Shown: positions 38,940 through 48,097, numbered from the stretch's first letter. The stretch: 64,000 nt of DNA from Alphaproteobacteria bacterium (GCA_040263875.1 JBDQJI010000002.1:18847-82846), one strand, 5' to 3'. Notes: generated by a model not told the origin, from the sequence alone. Numbers and translations: made by a program.

Positions 38940-39758
38940 TTAGAAATCGAGCGGCTCAAGCCCAAGCTGCGCCACCTTATTCAGATAGTCGCGCACCTTT
39001 CCGGCCAGTTCAATCATGTCCGCCGCTGGCATGGGCGGGTCCTCGCGCACGGCGCGGTATTGCGGCGGGTCCTCGACCTCCCAGGTCCAAAGGTCCGGCA
39101 GACAATCAGGTTGGGATACCAGGAACAACGGATAGGGGCGCCCGCGATAGACGCCCTTCAGCACCTGCTTGCCAAGATAATGAAAATGAAAGCCGTGCCG
39201 GTCCGGCATGCGCGCCAGAACTTCAGCCAGATTCATGGACATAATCACCTGGCCGAAATGCGCGTGAGGGCTTAAGCGGAACCCCAGATCAATATCGGGG
39301 CCGAGGTAATCCACGTAAGCATCCCCGCCACCCATATCCGCCATCTCACGGATTTCAATGGCGATGTTTCTATCCGGGAAGCGCGCCGCCCAAATGCAGC
39401 CGCGAATCCGCAATGGCCAGCGGTCAAACAGGCGAGCGTCATATGTCACAACGGTGCGATAAAAAGCTTCCGTCAGCAGCAGGGCTTCCTCGGCAGTACG
39501 CGGTTCCGCCTGAAACACAATCTCATCGCCGATGACCTTCCAGACAGAAACTTCAGGCACACTTTCGGCTTCAAGAAACGCCTGTGCCACCTGGCCCATC
39601 AACACCAGCGGCAGTTCTTTGAAATAGGTCTCGAACGCTTCCAACCAGCCGGGCCTGCCATCCTTTGGGCCAGTGATATCTTTGAAATTGGTGGAACCCG
39701 CCAGATCAACCGACATGAATAGCAGCGTGCGTGGGCGGGAAAGGTCCATAGCGGTCAT
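38940..39758 (-). CDS. Stand-alone divergent class III nucleotidyl cyclase-like protein
   Basis: LFMSVDLAGST, WKVIGDEIVF, DYLGPDIDLGFRL and LKGV align in order with the class III cyclase motifs F.D..GFT, K..GD, G..VN.A.RL and LKG. Confidence 0.7.
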   Translation of the reverse strand: MTAMDLSRPRTLLFMSVDLAGSTNFKDITGPKDGRPGWLEAFETYFKELPLVLMGQVAQAFLEAESVPEVSVWKVIGDEIVFQAEPRTAEEALLLTEAFYRTVVTYDARLFDRWPLRIRGCIWAARFPDRNIAIEIREMADMGGGDAYVDYLGPDIDLGFRLSPHAHFGQVIMSMNLAEVLARMPDRHGFHFHYLGKQVLKGVYRGRPYPLFLVSQPDCLPDLWTWEVEDPPQYRAVREDPPMPAADMIELAGKVRDYLNKVAQLGLEPLDF

Positions 39759-39772
39759 CAGGGTCTGCCCAG

Positions 39773-40102
39773 TCAGCCAGTCAACGCTTCAGCGCGGGAT
39801 GGGAAGACTGGCAAAATGGCGGTGAAGCCCGAAATATCAAACACATCCCGCACCATTGGCGAGAGATTACACATCCGCACCTGCCCACCCAGCGGCTGCA
39901 CCTTCTTCGCCGCGACCAATAAAATCCGCAATCCCGCACTGCTGATATACGCCAGCTCCTGGCAATCCACGACCAGCGTCGTCGCACCATCCGCAATCGC
40001 TTGATCCAGCACAGTCTGAGCATCCGGCGCAGTCACGGTATCCAGGCTCCCAGCGATCTCGACGACCGTTCCCGCCTCTTCAGCCGCAACCGTGATGTCC
40101 AT
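39773..40102 (-). CDS. STAS domain anti-sigma factor antagonist (SpoIIAA/RsbV-like)
   Basis: 109 aa; GSLDTVTAP, VVD...L.YISSAGLRILL, V..VFDISGF; AGGAG SD. Confidence 0.92.
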   Translation of the reverse strand: MDITVAAEEAGTVVEIAGSLDTVTAPDAQTVLDQAIADGATTLVVDCQELAYISSAGLRILLVAAKKVQPLGGQVRMCNLSPMVRDVFDISGFTAILPVFPSRAEALTG

Positions 40103-40347
40103 GCTATCTCGCTCCTGCTCGCCTAAACCGCTTGGCAGCCAGTATCATAGGTCATAACACCAGCCGCTTGAACCGCCGTTTTTAGAGAACCTGTAAACCT
40201 TACCCATCGTGCTGATGACGCCGCGAACACCTGAGTAGAAAATGAAAGCTGGCGGCACTATTCTAGGCCCGACAGACGACACCCCGCCCACGCGGGAGCT
40301 CTTACTATGAAGAAAACATCCTTCCTAAACGCCGGAGCACTTCCCCT

Positions 40348-41589
40348 ATGTCCCGTATGAAATTTGGCGCGTTTTTGGCGCCGCATCATCCTATTGGTGA
40401 GCATCCGATGCTGCAGTACCGGTCTGATCTGGACCTGGTGGAGCGGCTGGACCAGCTGGGCTTTGATGAGTTTTGGTGCGGCGAACATCATTCTACCGGG
40501 TGGGAGACCATCGCCTCGCCGGAGATGTTCCTGGCAGCTGCCGGTGAGCGTACCCACCGCATCCGGCTTGGTACGGGCGTTGTCTCGCTGCCCTACCATC
40601 ACCCGTTCATTGTGGCCCAGCGCATGGTGCAGTTGGATCACATGACCGGCGGGCGGGCGATGTTTGGCTCTGGCCCTGGCGCTTTGCCGTCAGACGCCTA
40701 TGTCCTCGGCATTGACCCCGTGACCCAGCGCGACCGGCAGGATGAAGCGCTTGGTGTGATCCAGCGCTTGCTGCGCGGTGATGAGCGGTTCAGCCACAAG
40801 TCAGACTGGTTCACCCTGAATGACGCTGGCCTGCACCTGTTGCCCTTACAAGAAGAGTTGCCGTTCGCTGTCGCCAGCATGGTCAGCCCATCGGGCATGA
40901 CGCTGGCCGGCAAATACAATACCGGCGTGCTGTCCATCGGCTCCATGTCATCTGCCGGGCTGAATGCGTTGCCAACGCAATGGTCATTTGCGGAGGAATC
41001 TGCCGAGAAGCACGGTAATGCCGTGGACCGCAAGAACTGGCGAATCATCCTGCAATGGCACCTGGCGGAAACCCGTGAGCAGGCGATTGAGCAGTGCAAG
41101 GACGGCCTGTTCCATTGGCATAACGAATATAATGTCGGCACACTGCAACGGCCCGGCGTCGGCCCCTTCGCGACCCCCCATGAGGGCGTTGAGAAAATGG
41201 CATTTTCTGAAGGTGCAACCGCAGTTATCGGCACACCGGACGATCTGATCAAACGCCTGCGGGACCTGATTGAACTGACAGGCGGATACGGCGTCACAGT
41301 TGGGTTCGTGCACGATTGGGCCAACCGCGAAAACACCATGAAGAGCTGGGACTTGGTGATGCGCTATGTAGCACCCGAGCTGAACGGCATGCTCGACGCC
41401 TACCGGAAATCCCGAGAACACGTCGTGGCGCACCGGGATAGTTTTGCGGATGCACAGCAGGGCATTCTCAACAAAATCATGGAAAACCCCCGTGCCGCTG
41501 CGGCCCTGAAAGATACCAAAGTCGGCGTCGCCGCCGCCCTTGGTCCGCACGCAGGGCCTGATTTAGCAAAGGCTGCCAAAGATAGCTGA
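40348..41589 (+). CDS. LLM class flavin-dependent monooxygenase (limonene 1,2-monooxygenase LimB-like)
   Basis: FGAFLAPHH, GEHHSTGWETIASPE, GTGVVSLPYHHP, GPGALPSDA. Confidence 0.88.
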   Translation: MSRMKFGAFLAPHHPIGEHPMLQYRSDLDLVERLDQLGFDEFWCGEHHSTGWETIASPEMFLAAAGERTHRIRLGTGVVSLPYHHPFIVAQRMVQLDHMTGGRAMFGSGPGALPSDAYVLGIDPVTQRDRQDEALGVIQRLLRGDERFSHKSDWFTLNDAGLHLLPLQEELPFAVASMVSPSGMTLAGKYNTGVLSIGSMSSAGLNALPTQWSFAEESAEKHGNAVDRKNWRIILQWHLAETREQAIEQCKDGLFHWHNEYNVGTLQRPGVGPFATPHEGVEKMAFSEGATAVIGTPDDLIKRLRDLIELTGGYGVTVGFVHDWANRENTMKSWDLVMRYVAPELNGMLDAYRKSREHVVAHRDSFADAQQGILNKIMENPRAAAALKDTKVGVAAALGPHAGPDLAKAAKDS

Positions 41590-41590
41590 C

Positions 41591-42073
41591 CTATTCCGGC
41601 AGCGGCAGCGCCGTTACCGGTTTAATGGTTTCCATGGACAGGCTGGAGGATACGGTGTGAATGCCGATGCGCTCTATCAGGCGCCGGTAGAAGGCGTCAA
41701 ACGCGCGGGTGCTGGGCACTTGGACCTTCAGCAAATAATCCTCCGCACCGGCCAGGCGATGCGCTTCGGTGATTTCACGCATGTCTTGAATGGCAGCGCT
41801 GAAGGCGTTTAGCCATTCCGCTTCGTGGCGATCTGTGCGGACGGATACAAAAAATGTCTCCGCGACGCCGGCTTTTTCAGGGTCCAGCAGGGCTGCGTAG
41901 CGGCGGATCAGGCCCGTCTGCTCATAACGTTTGACGCGGTTCCACACGGCGGTGCGGGACGAGCCCGCGTCTTTGGCGATGGTTTCCAATCCTGCACGCG
42001 CATCTTGTTGCAGCGCGTTGAGGATACGGAAATCGAGCGGCTTCAGGTCGTCACTTAGCGGGATATCAGACAT
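41591..42073 (-). CDS. Lrp/AsnC family transcriptional regulator
   Basis: D.RIL..LQ.DAR, W.RVKR.E..G.I, HRLAG..DYLLKV, SSSLSME.IK. Confidence 0.93.
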   Translation of the reverse strand: MSDIPLSDDLKPLDFRILNALQQDARAGLETIAKDAGSSRTAVWNRVKRYEQTGLIRRYAALLDPEKAGVAETFFVSVRTDRHEAEWLNAFSAAIQDMREITEAHRLAGAEDYLLKVQVPSTRAFDAFYRRLIERIGIHTVSSSLSMETIKPVTALPLPE

Positions 42074-42167
42074 AGATGGGAATCTCCAGAAACGTGAAAT
42101 ATGTTCACGCTTTCTGCTGATTTACGCCTAAACCGGAATAATTTCCAGCTCTGGTTTCTTCTGATGC

Positions 42168-43214
42168 CTATGCCGCTGTCTTAAATCCATCAAACGCCAC
42201 TGGTGTCGCTCGCAGTTTGGCAATCAGGTCTTTGTGCAAATCGGGATCGATATCATCCGGCAAATCCAGGCGGAGCGTGTCCACAACGCCGCCAAATCGC
42301 TCGGCGACGGCAGCGGGCAATTCATCATATGTGCCGACAGCGGCGAACAGGCGAACCACGTCATCTGACACCTGTGCCGCAAGCTCATTCCACTTGCCTT
42401 CCTTCGACATCTGGTGGAGCTTCAAGCCAAGCTCTTCCAGGCCATGCTGCTCAAATACCGGTAAGTATGTACGCGTAGAGCCATAGAAACCAACCCGGTA
42501 GCGCACCCAATCCAACTTCTCAGCAACAGCTTGCTCATCCGCACCTGTGGCAACGAACCCACCGCCTGAAATCTCGAAAGATGCGCGGTCCCGGCCACTG
42601 CGCGCCATGCCTTCCTCGACCTTCGGCATACACACATTTTCGATGTATTTCCGTGTGCAAAAGCCATGCAGGCGCGCGCCATCAGCGATCCGCCCCGCCA
42701 TTCGAAGCATATCCGGGCCAACAGCAGCCACGGTCAGCGGCGGCAGGCGGAGGCCCGATTTCGGTGGGGAGAATTCCGGCGTCATTAGGGTGAAGCTGTA
42801 GTGTTCGCCTTCAAAGTTCAGCTTTTCGCCGTGCTCCCAAGCGTTCCAGATTGCCCGGATCGCCTGCATATATTCCCGCATCCGGGCGACGGGCGCGACC
42901 CAGGGTGTCGAGAACCGGCGTTCATTATGACCTTTGACCTGGGTGCCAAGGCCGAATTCAAACCGCCCACCCGTCTGCGCATTCAAATCCCACCCCATAT
43001 TGGCAGCGATCATCGGGCTTCGCGGAAACGCCACGGCGATGGAGGTGCCAAGCGCTACACGGTTTGTGGAATGGCCAGCAATCGCCAAAGGCATGAAGGG
43101 GTCATGTGCGAGTTCAGACGTGGTGACGCCATCATAGCCAATGCCTTCCGCCCACTTGGCGCGGGTCCCCGCGCGGTTCCAATTGTCAGTGGGCAGTTGG
43201 CAGACAATACGCAT
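42168..43214 (-). CDS. LLM oxidoreductase, probable F420-dependent TIGR03617-like family
   Basis: E.AHDPF, AVAFPRSP, GLGTQVKGHNERRFS, RMREY..AIRAIW, TLMTPEF, FYGSTRTY. Confidence 0.85.
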   Translation of the reverse strand: MRIVCQLPTDNWNRAGTRAKWAEGIGYDGVTTSELAHDPFMPLAIAGHSTNRVALGTSIAVAFPRSPMIAANMGWDLNAQTGGRFEFGLGTQVKGHNERRFSTPWVAPVARMREYMQAIRAIWNAWEHGEKLNFEGEHYSFTLMTPEFSPPKSGLRLPPLTVAAVGPDMLRMAGRIADGARLHGFCTRKYIENVCMPKVEEGMARSGRDRASFEISGGGFVATGADEQAVAEKLDWVRYRVGFYGSTRTYLPVFEQHGLEELGLKLHQMSKEGKWNELAAQVSDDVVRLFAAVGTYDELPAAVAERFGGVVDTLRLDLPDDIDPDLHKDLIAKLRATPVAFDGFKTAA

Positions 43215-43372
43215 AACTTATCCTTCTGGATTGGGCTTCCGGGTCCGGTTCTGAAGGGAAGGCTAGCGCAGAAGAATCCTCCCGTGAACTGTAGATAGCG
43301 TGTGAACTGGCGCGGCGTTGCAAATCCGCGCTAGGTTTGGTCTCGACAATCATGAACAACAGGAGACATCCC

Positions 43373-43780
43373 ATGCCCGATTCAGCCAAAGCCCCCGCCA
43401 AGGGCCGCATCGCTCACGCTACCCGTGAAAGCGCGCCGCCGGTCGAGGGACGCCGCGATTTCTTTCGCTACAGGGACTTAGGCGTGATGGATGCATCGGG
43501 CGGCGCTCTCCGTGCGCAAACCATGACCGCCATTCGCGGTATGACGGAGCCCACCGGCTGGCACTATCACGAGTGCGAAGGTCAATTCGTCTATGTGCTG
43601 AAAGGCTGGGTCGATCTGGAATTTGAGACCGGCGAGCAGCTGCGGATTAAAGAAGGCGAGAGCTTGTATATCCCCGGCGGCATGAAGCACAACGAATATG
43701 GCACGTCCGAGGATTTGGATATTCTGGAACTCTCAACGCCGGGCAAAATGGGCACCGTCGTCTGCGATCCGCCGAACTAG
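43373..43780 (+). CDS. Cupin domain protein
   Basis: YRDLG, GWHYHEC..QFVYVLKGW, G..HNE; AGGAG SD before ATG 43373. Confidence 0.88.
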   Translation: MPDSAKAPAKGRIAHATRESAPPVEGRRDFFRYRDLGVMDASGGALRAQTMTAIRGMTEPTGWHYHECEGQFVYVLKGWVDLEFETGEQLRIKEGESLYIPGGMKHNEYGTSEDLDILELSTPGKMGTVVCDPPN

Positions 43781-44082
43781 GGACCGGCAAACTACCACCA
43801 GGCCGCCCGCACCACCGCTTCAAAGCGGACGGGTGCGGAGGCCGCGCGGGCAATCCAAATCAAACGCTGGAATTGCGCGAGATACATCGTCACCAGATCG
43901 AGAGCCATGTTCCTGGTGTCGAGGCACTTCTCATCGCCGTACGACAGTCTCGCTGGGGAGAAAGCTTGATCTTACGCCGTAGCGCCTCATGCTCTGTCCG
44001 AGAGACGCCATTCTGTAGACAGGCCCGGCCGTTGCCGTTAGATCAACAGACGGTATTTCATTTGACTGGAACCAGCCCCAAC

Positions 44083-45429
44083 GTGCCCGCGACACAGCCA
44101 CCCTTCCTATATATGCCGATGGAAATCGCTTCGAGGGAACTGGATTCCCGGCTGCTGATTGCCCTGTACGCAACAGCTTCCGGCGTTGAGGTCGTGACCG
44201 GCCAGAAATGGCTGCTGCAGAAGAACGCCAGTCGGATGCCCAAAGGCTTCTGGATATTCAAAACACTAACTCCTGGCGACGCCAAAGCCATGGGCCGCAT
44301 TCAAAAGCTTGGCCATCGTATCACTGCCATAGACGAAGAAATGCCAGGGCTGGGCGAGGGCAGTGGTCGGCTGCGCTGGGTGCATCCGAAATCTATGGCG
44401 GCTTGTGAGACCGTATTTTGCCTTGGCCCGCGCCATGCCCGGGCGCTGGAAGAAAAATATCCGGCCCATAGCGGAAAGCTGACAATCACCGGTAACCCGC
44501 GCTGGGATTTCCTGCGCCCAGAGCTCCGCTCCATGTATGCGGAGGACGCCAAAGCGATCCGAGCGAAATATGGCGCGTTTATTCTGGTCAATACGAATAT
44601 CGGCCTCGTCAATTCCGCTAAGAACACGGCAGATGGACTGATCCGCAGCCTAACGCGGGACGGCCGCATCAACCTGGATGTGCCGGAAGACAAAGCCTTC
44701 GTTGATGACCTTGTCGCGTTTGAGACGGCGAACTTGGCTGCAGCCGCGCCTCTAGTTCTGCGCCTGCGGAAGGAATTTCCAGACCACCAAGTCGTGCTGC
44801 GCCCACATCCGATGGAGAAGTTGGAGCCATACGAAGAGAAATTGGCGGGCACCGAGGGCGTTCATATCGTTCGTGAAGGCCCTGCCGCTGCATGGCTGTC
44901 CGCCTGTGATGTGTTGGTTCACACCAGCTGCACCACCGCGACAGAAGCTTTTGCACTGGATAAGCCAACCGTTTGCTATCAAACGATTCCGTCACCGCTC
45001 CACACTTACTTCCTCTCCGGCGCGCTTGGGGCCGTTGGGGATAGTGAAGATGCGGTGATTGCTAAAGCCCGGGCTATCCTGGCAGGTGAAACTGACCCTG
45101 AAACCAAAGCAGCCCAGCGCGCCCGCTTTGAAGAATTTTTTGCAGCCCAAGACGGCGCTTTCGCAGCTGAACGTATCGCCAGCCATGTTGCGGAAGCATT
45201 GGGCGTATCAACGCCCACAGCGCCCCGCTGGAAGCCCAGCTGGCTGTTCCGCAAAAAATGGCGACCATCCAAGTTCCAAACCCGCATCTTCCCGGATATG
45301 AGTGCGGGAACTATTCAGGCGCGCCTTGGCCAATTAGCGGCGGCGGCCGGAATGCAGACTGTGCCGAAAGTCGTCAAAGTCGGCGATGGGCAGTATCATA
45401 TCTTTAATGCACCGAACGAGAATGATTGA
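44083..45429 (+). CDS. Surface carbohydrate biosynthesis protein (TIGR04396-like, GT-B-like fold)
   Basis: PMEIASRELDSRLL, IDEE, TGNPRWD.L, ILVNTN, RPHP.E, HTSCTTA.EA. Start uncertain; GTG 44083 chosen over TTG 43873. Confidence 0.7.
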   Translation: MPATQPPFLYMPMEIASRELDSRLLIALYATASGVEVVTGQKWLLQKNASRMPKGFWIFKTLTPGDAKAMGRIQKLGHRITAIDEEMPGLGEGSGRLRWVHPKSMAACETVFCLGPRHARALEEKYPAHSGKLTITGNPRWDFLRPELRSMYAEDAKAIRAKYGAFILVNTNIGLVNSAKNTADGLIRSLTRDGRINLDVPEDKAFVDDLVAFETANLAAAAPLVLRLRKEFPDHQVVLRPHPMEKLEPYEEKLAGTEGVHIVREGPAAAWLSACDVLVHTSCTTATEAFALDKPTVCYQTIPSPLHTYFLSGALGAVGDSEDAVIAKARAILAGETDPETKAAQRARFEEFFAAQDGAFAAERIASHVAEALGVSTPTAPRWKPSWLFRKKWRPSKFQTRIFPDMSAGTIQARLGQLAAAAGMQTVPKVVKVGDGQYHIFNAPNEND

Positions 45430-45437
45430 GCCCACAT

Positions 45438-47429
45438 ATGTTCTCTAAAATCCTGATCGCCAACCGAGGTGAAATCGCCTGCCGGGTTATCAAGACCGCT
45501 AAGCGCCTAGGCGTGAAAACTGTGGCGGTTTATTCCGACGCTGACGCCGGGACACCCCATGTTTTGCAGGCGGATGAGGCTGTCGCCATTGGCCCCGCAC
45601 CCGCGGCTGAAAGCTACTTGGTGGCAGAACGGATTATCCAGGCGGCTAAGGATACCGGCGCGGAGGCGATCCATCCGGGCTTTGGGTTTTTATCTGAGAA
45701 CGCTGGCTTCGCGCGCGCCGTTGCCGAAGCTGGCCTGGTCTTTATCGGCCCGCCACCATCCGCAATCGATGCAATGGGCGACAAGATTGAATCCAAGCGG
45801 CTGGCGAAAGAAGCGGGCGTTTCTACCGTGCCCGGTTCCGCCGACGCGATCACGGACCCCGAAGAGGTCGTCCGCATCGCCAATGAAATCGGCTATCCCG
45901 TCATGCTGAAGGCGTCTGCCGGTGGCGGCGGCAAAGGCATGCGGATTGCGTTCAATGATGATGAGGCCCGGGACGGGTTGGTCCGCGCCGCGTCTGAGGC
46001 CAAATCCAGCTTCGGCGATGACCGGGTGTTCGTTGAGAAATTCGTCGTGGATCCTCGGCACATCGAAATCCAGGTGCTGGCCGATAGCCACGGCAATACG
46101 GTGCATTTGTTTGAGCGTGAATGCTCCATCCAACGCCGCCACCAGAAAGTCGTTGAGGAAGCGCCAAGCCCCTTCCTGGATGCTGAAACCCGCGCTGCTA
46201 TGGGCGCTCAGGCCGTCGCACTCGCCGCTGCGGTTGGGTACCAGTCCGCCGGAACGGTGGAGTTCATCGTTGGCCCTAACCGGGATTTCTACTTCCTGGA
46301 AATGAATACCCGCCTACAGGTCGAGCATCCGGTGACTGAGCTTATCACTGGCCTTGATCTGGTCGAGCAGATGCTGCGCGTCGCGTCTGGCGAAAAGCTT
46401 GGCTTTGGCCAGGACGATCTCAAAATTAATGGCTGGGCGCTCGAATGTCGCCTCTATGCTGAAGATCCCACACGCAATTTCTCCCCCTCCATAGGCCGGC
46501 TAACGCGCTATCGCCCACCTGTGGAGAAAGATGGCGTGCGGGTTGATACCGGTGTGGCAGAAGGCGGCAAGGTGTCGATGTTCTATGACCCGATGCTCGC
46601 CAAGCTCTGCACCCACGGCGTGGACCGCAATGAGGCCATCAATCGCATGACTCTTGCGCTGGACCGGTTCCAGACGCGGGGTATCCGCCATAACCTGACG
46701 TTCCTCTCCGCCATCGTCGATCATCCGCGCCACCGTTCCGGCAATATCTCAACCGCGTTCATCGAGGAAGAATTTCCCGAAGGCTTTGAGAATGACCTGC
46801 TGGCCGACGCACGGATGGACATCATCGCCCCTGTGATCGCTACTCGCCATGCCGCCAATGCAGAACGTGACCGAGCGCTTGCCGCCAATTCCGCCCTCAC
46901 GCCACCACCGCTCGTGCATGATTACGTCGTGCTGCTGGCGGACGTGCGCCGGGAAGTATCCGTCACGCTGGACGCCCACGGGGCGGCAGTTGTGATGGAC
47001 GGCCAAACCATCCACGTCGCGGGGGACCCGGACCCCGCAAAGCTGCTGTTCGAAGGCGATGTCGGCGATATCCAAGTCGCCGTCCAGATAGACCGCGACG
47101 GCCCCGGCTACATCATCACCCACGGCGGCGTCGAAGCCCGCGCGCTGGTGCTGACGCCAGACATCGCAGCCCTGCACGCGCTGATGCCAGAAAAACTCCC
47201 GCCAGACACCTCCAACCTCCTCCTCTCCCCCATGCCCGGCCTCCTCAAAGCCGTAATGGTCGAAGCAGGCGACACGGTCGAACCCGGCCAAGCGCTAGCC
47301 ATCGTCGAGGCCATGAAGATGGAAAACGTGCTGCGTGCGGAGAAAACGGCAGAGATTGCTGTAGTGGAAGCAGAAGCTGGCGCCAGCTTGGCGGCGGACC
47401 AAGTAATTTTGACGTTTGTAGAGGGCTAA
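45438..47429 (+). CDS. pccA: Propionyl-CoA carboxylase alpha subunit (biotin carboxylase + BCCP)
   Basis: MFSKILIANRGEIA, HPGFGFLSEN, GGGGKGMR, ERECSIQRRHQK, EMNTRLQVEHPVTE, biotin site EAMKM. Confidence 0.92.
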   Translation: MFSKILIANRGEIACRVIKTAKRLGVKTVAVYSDADAGTPHVLQADEAVAIGPAPAAESYLVAERIIQAAKDTGAEAIHPGFGFLSENAGFARAVAEAGLVFIGPPPSAIDAMGDKIESKRLAKEAGVSTVPGSADAITDPEEVVRIANEIGYPVMLKASAGGGGKGMRIAFNDDEARDGLVRAASEAKSSFGDDRVFVEKFVVDPRHIEIQVLADSHGNTVHLFERECSIQRRHQKVVEEAPSPFLDAETRAAMGAQAVALAAAVGYQSAGTVEFIVGPNRDFYFLEMNTRLQVEHPVTELITGLDLVEQMLRVASGEKLGFGQDDLKINGWALECRLYAEDPTRNFSPSIGRLTRYRPPVEKDGVRVDTGVAEGGKVSMFYDPMLAKLCTHGVDRNEAINRMTLALDRFQTRGIRHNLTFLSAIVDHPRHRSGNISTAFIEEEFPEGFENDLLADARMDIIAPVIATRHAANAERDRALAANSALTPPPLVHDYVVLLADVRREVSVTLDAHGAAVVMDGQTIHVAGDPDPAKLLFEGDVGDIQVAVQIDRDGPGYIITHGGVEARALVLTPDIAALHALMPEKLPPDTSNLLLSPMPGLLKAVMVEAGDTVEPGQALAIVEAMKMENVLRAEKTAEIAVVEAEAGASLAADQVILTFVEG

Positions 47430-48097
47430 CGGCTACCCATCGACCGGTGTTCGATGCGGGAGAGGAGTCGGACCAAGGGCCATAGCAGGACCAGGTACAG
47501 CACTGCGGCCATCACGATTGGCGTTGCGTTGAAGGTGACGGAGCGGGCCATGTCTGCGGAATATAGCAACTCCGGTAAGGCGACGACGCTGGCCAGCGAC
47601 GTGAGTTTGGCGACCTCCAACGTGTTGCTGACAAGGTCTGGCAGGACGTTGCGGATGGCTTGGGGGAGGACGACATAGGTGGTTGTTTGAAATCCGCTGA
47701 GGCCGGTGGACCGGGCGGCTTCTGCTTGGCCGGTGCCGACACTTTCGATACCGGCGCGGAAGACTTCGCCATAATATGCGGATGAGTTCAGCAGGAAAGC
47801 TAGGCAGACGGAGACGATAGCCGGCAGATCAATGCCCGCGAACGGCAGGCCTGCATAGATGAAGATCAGCAGGACCAGCGGCGGGAATGCCCGGAAGAAA
47901 TCCACATAAATAATGGTCAGCCAGCGGACAGTGCGATAGCGGGACTGGCCGAGCAAGGCGACCGTTAGCCCGCCAATGCAGCCGACGGGGATGACAGCGG
48001 CCATCAGGATCAACGTCATACCGAAGCCGCGCAAAAGCAGCGGCCAAGCTTGGGTCACGATATCCCAATTGAAGAAGTTCTGGAGGATGAATTCCAT
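47426..48097 (-). CDS. Polar amino acid ABC transporter permease
   Basis: FRAFPPLV, SAYYGEVFRAGI, GQ.EAARSTG, LPQAIR, K.TSLAS. Confidence 0.93.
   Translation of the reverse strand: MEFILQNFFNWDIVTQAWPLLLRGFGMTLILMAAVIPVGCIGGLTVALLGQSRYRTVRWLTIIYVDFFRAFPPLVLLIFIYAGLPFAGIDLPAIVSVCLAFLLNSSAYYGEVFRAGIESVGTGQAEAARSTGLSGFQTTTYVVLPQAIRNVLPDLVSNTLEVAKLTSLASVVALPELLYSADMARSVTFNATPIVMAAVLYLVLLWPLVRLLSRIEHRSMGSR

Noticed and set aside
38940-39758. Calling the cyclase-like gene a Pycsar/CBASS anti-phage system
   Set aside because: No adjacent TIR, TM or cNMP-binding effector gene; the neighbour is a STAS protein and the context is not a defence island.
43308-43322. TGGCGCGGCGTTGCA as a sigma54 promoter for the cupin gene
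   Set aside because: GG-to-GC spacing is one base short of the strict -24/-12 requirement.
43873-44082. N-terminal 70 aa of the 518-aa ORF
   Set aside because: Family-like sequence begins only near PFLYMPMEI; the upstream TTG start lacks support.
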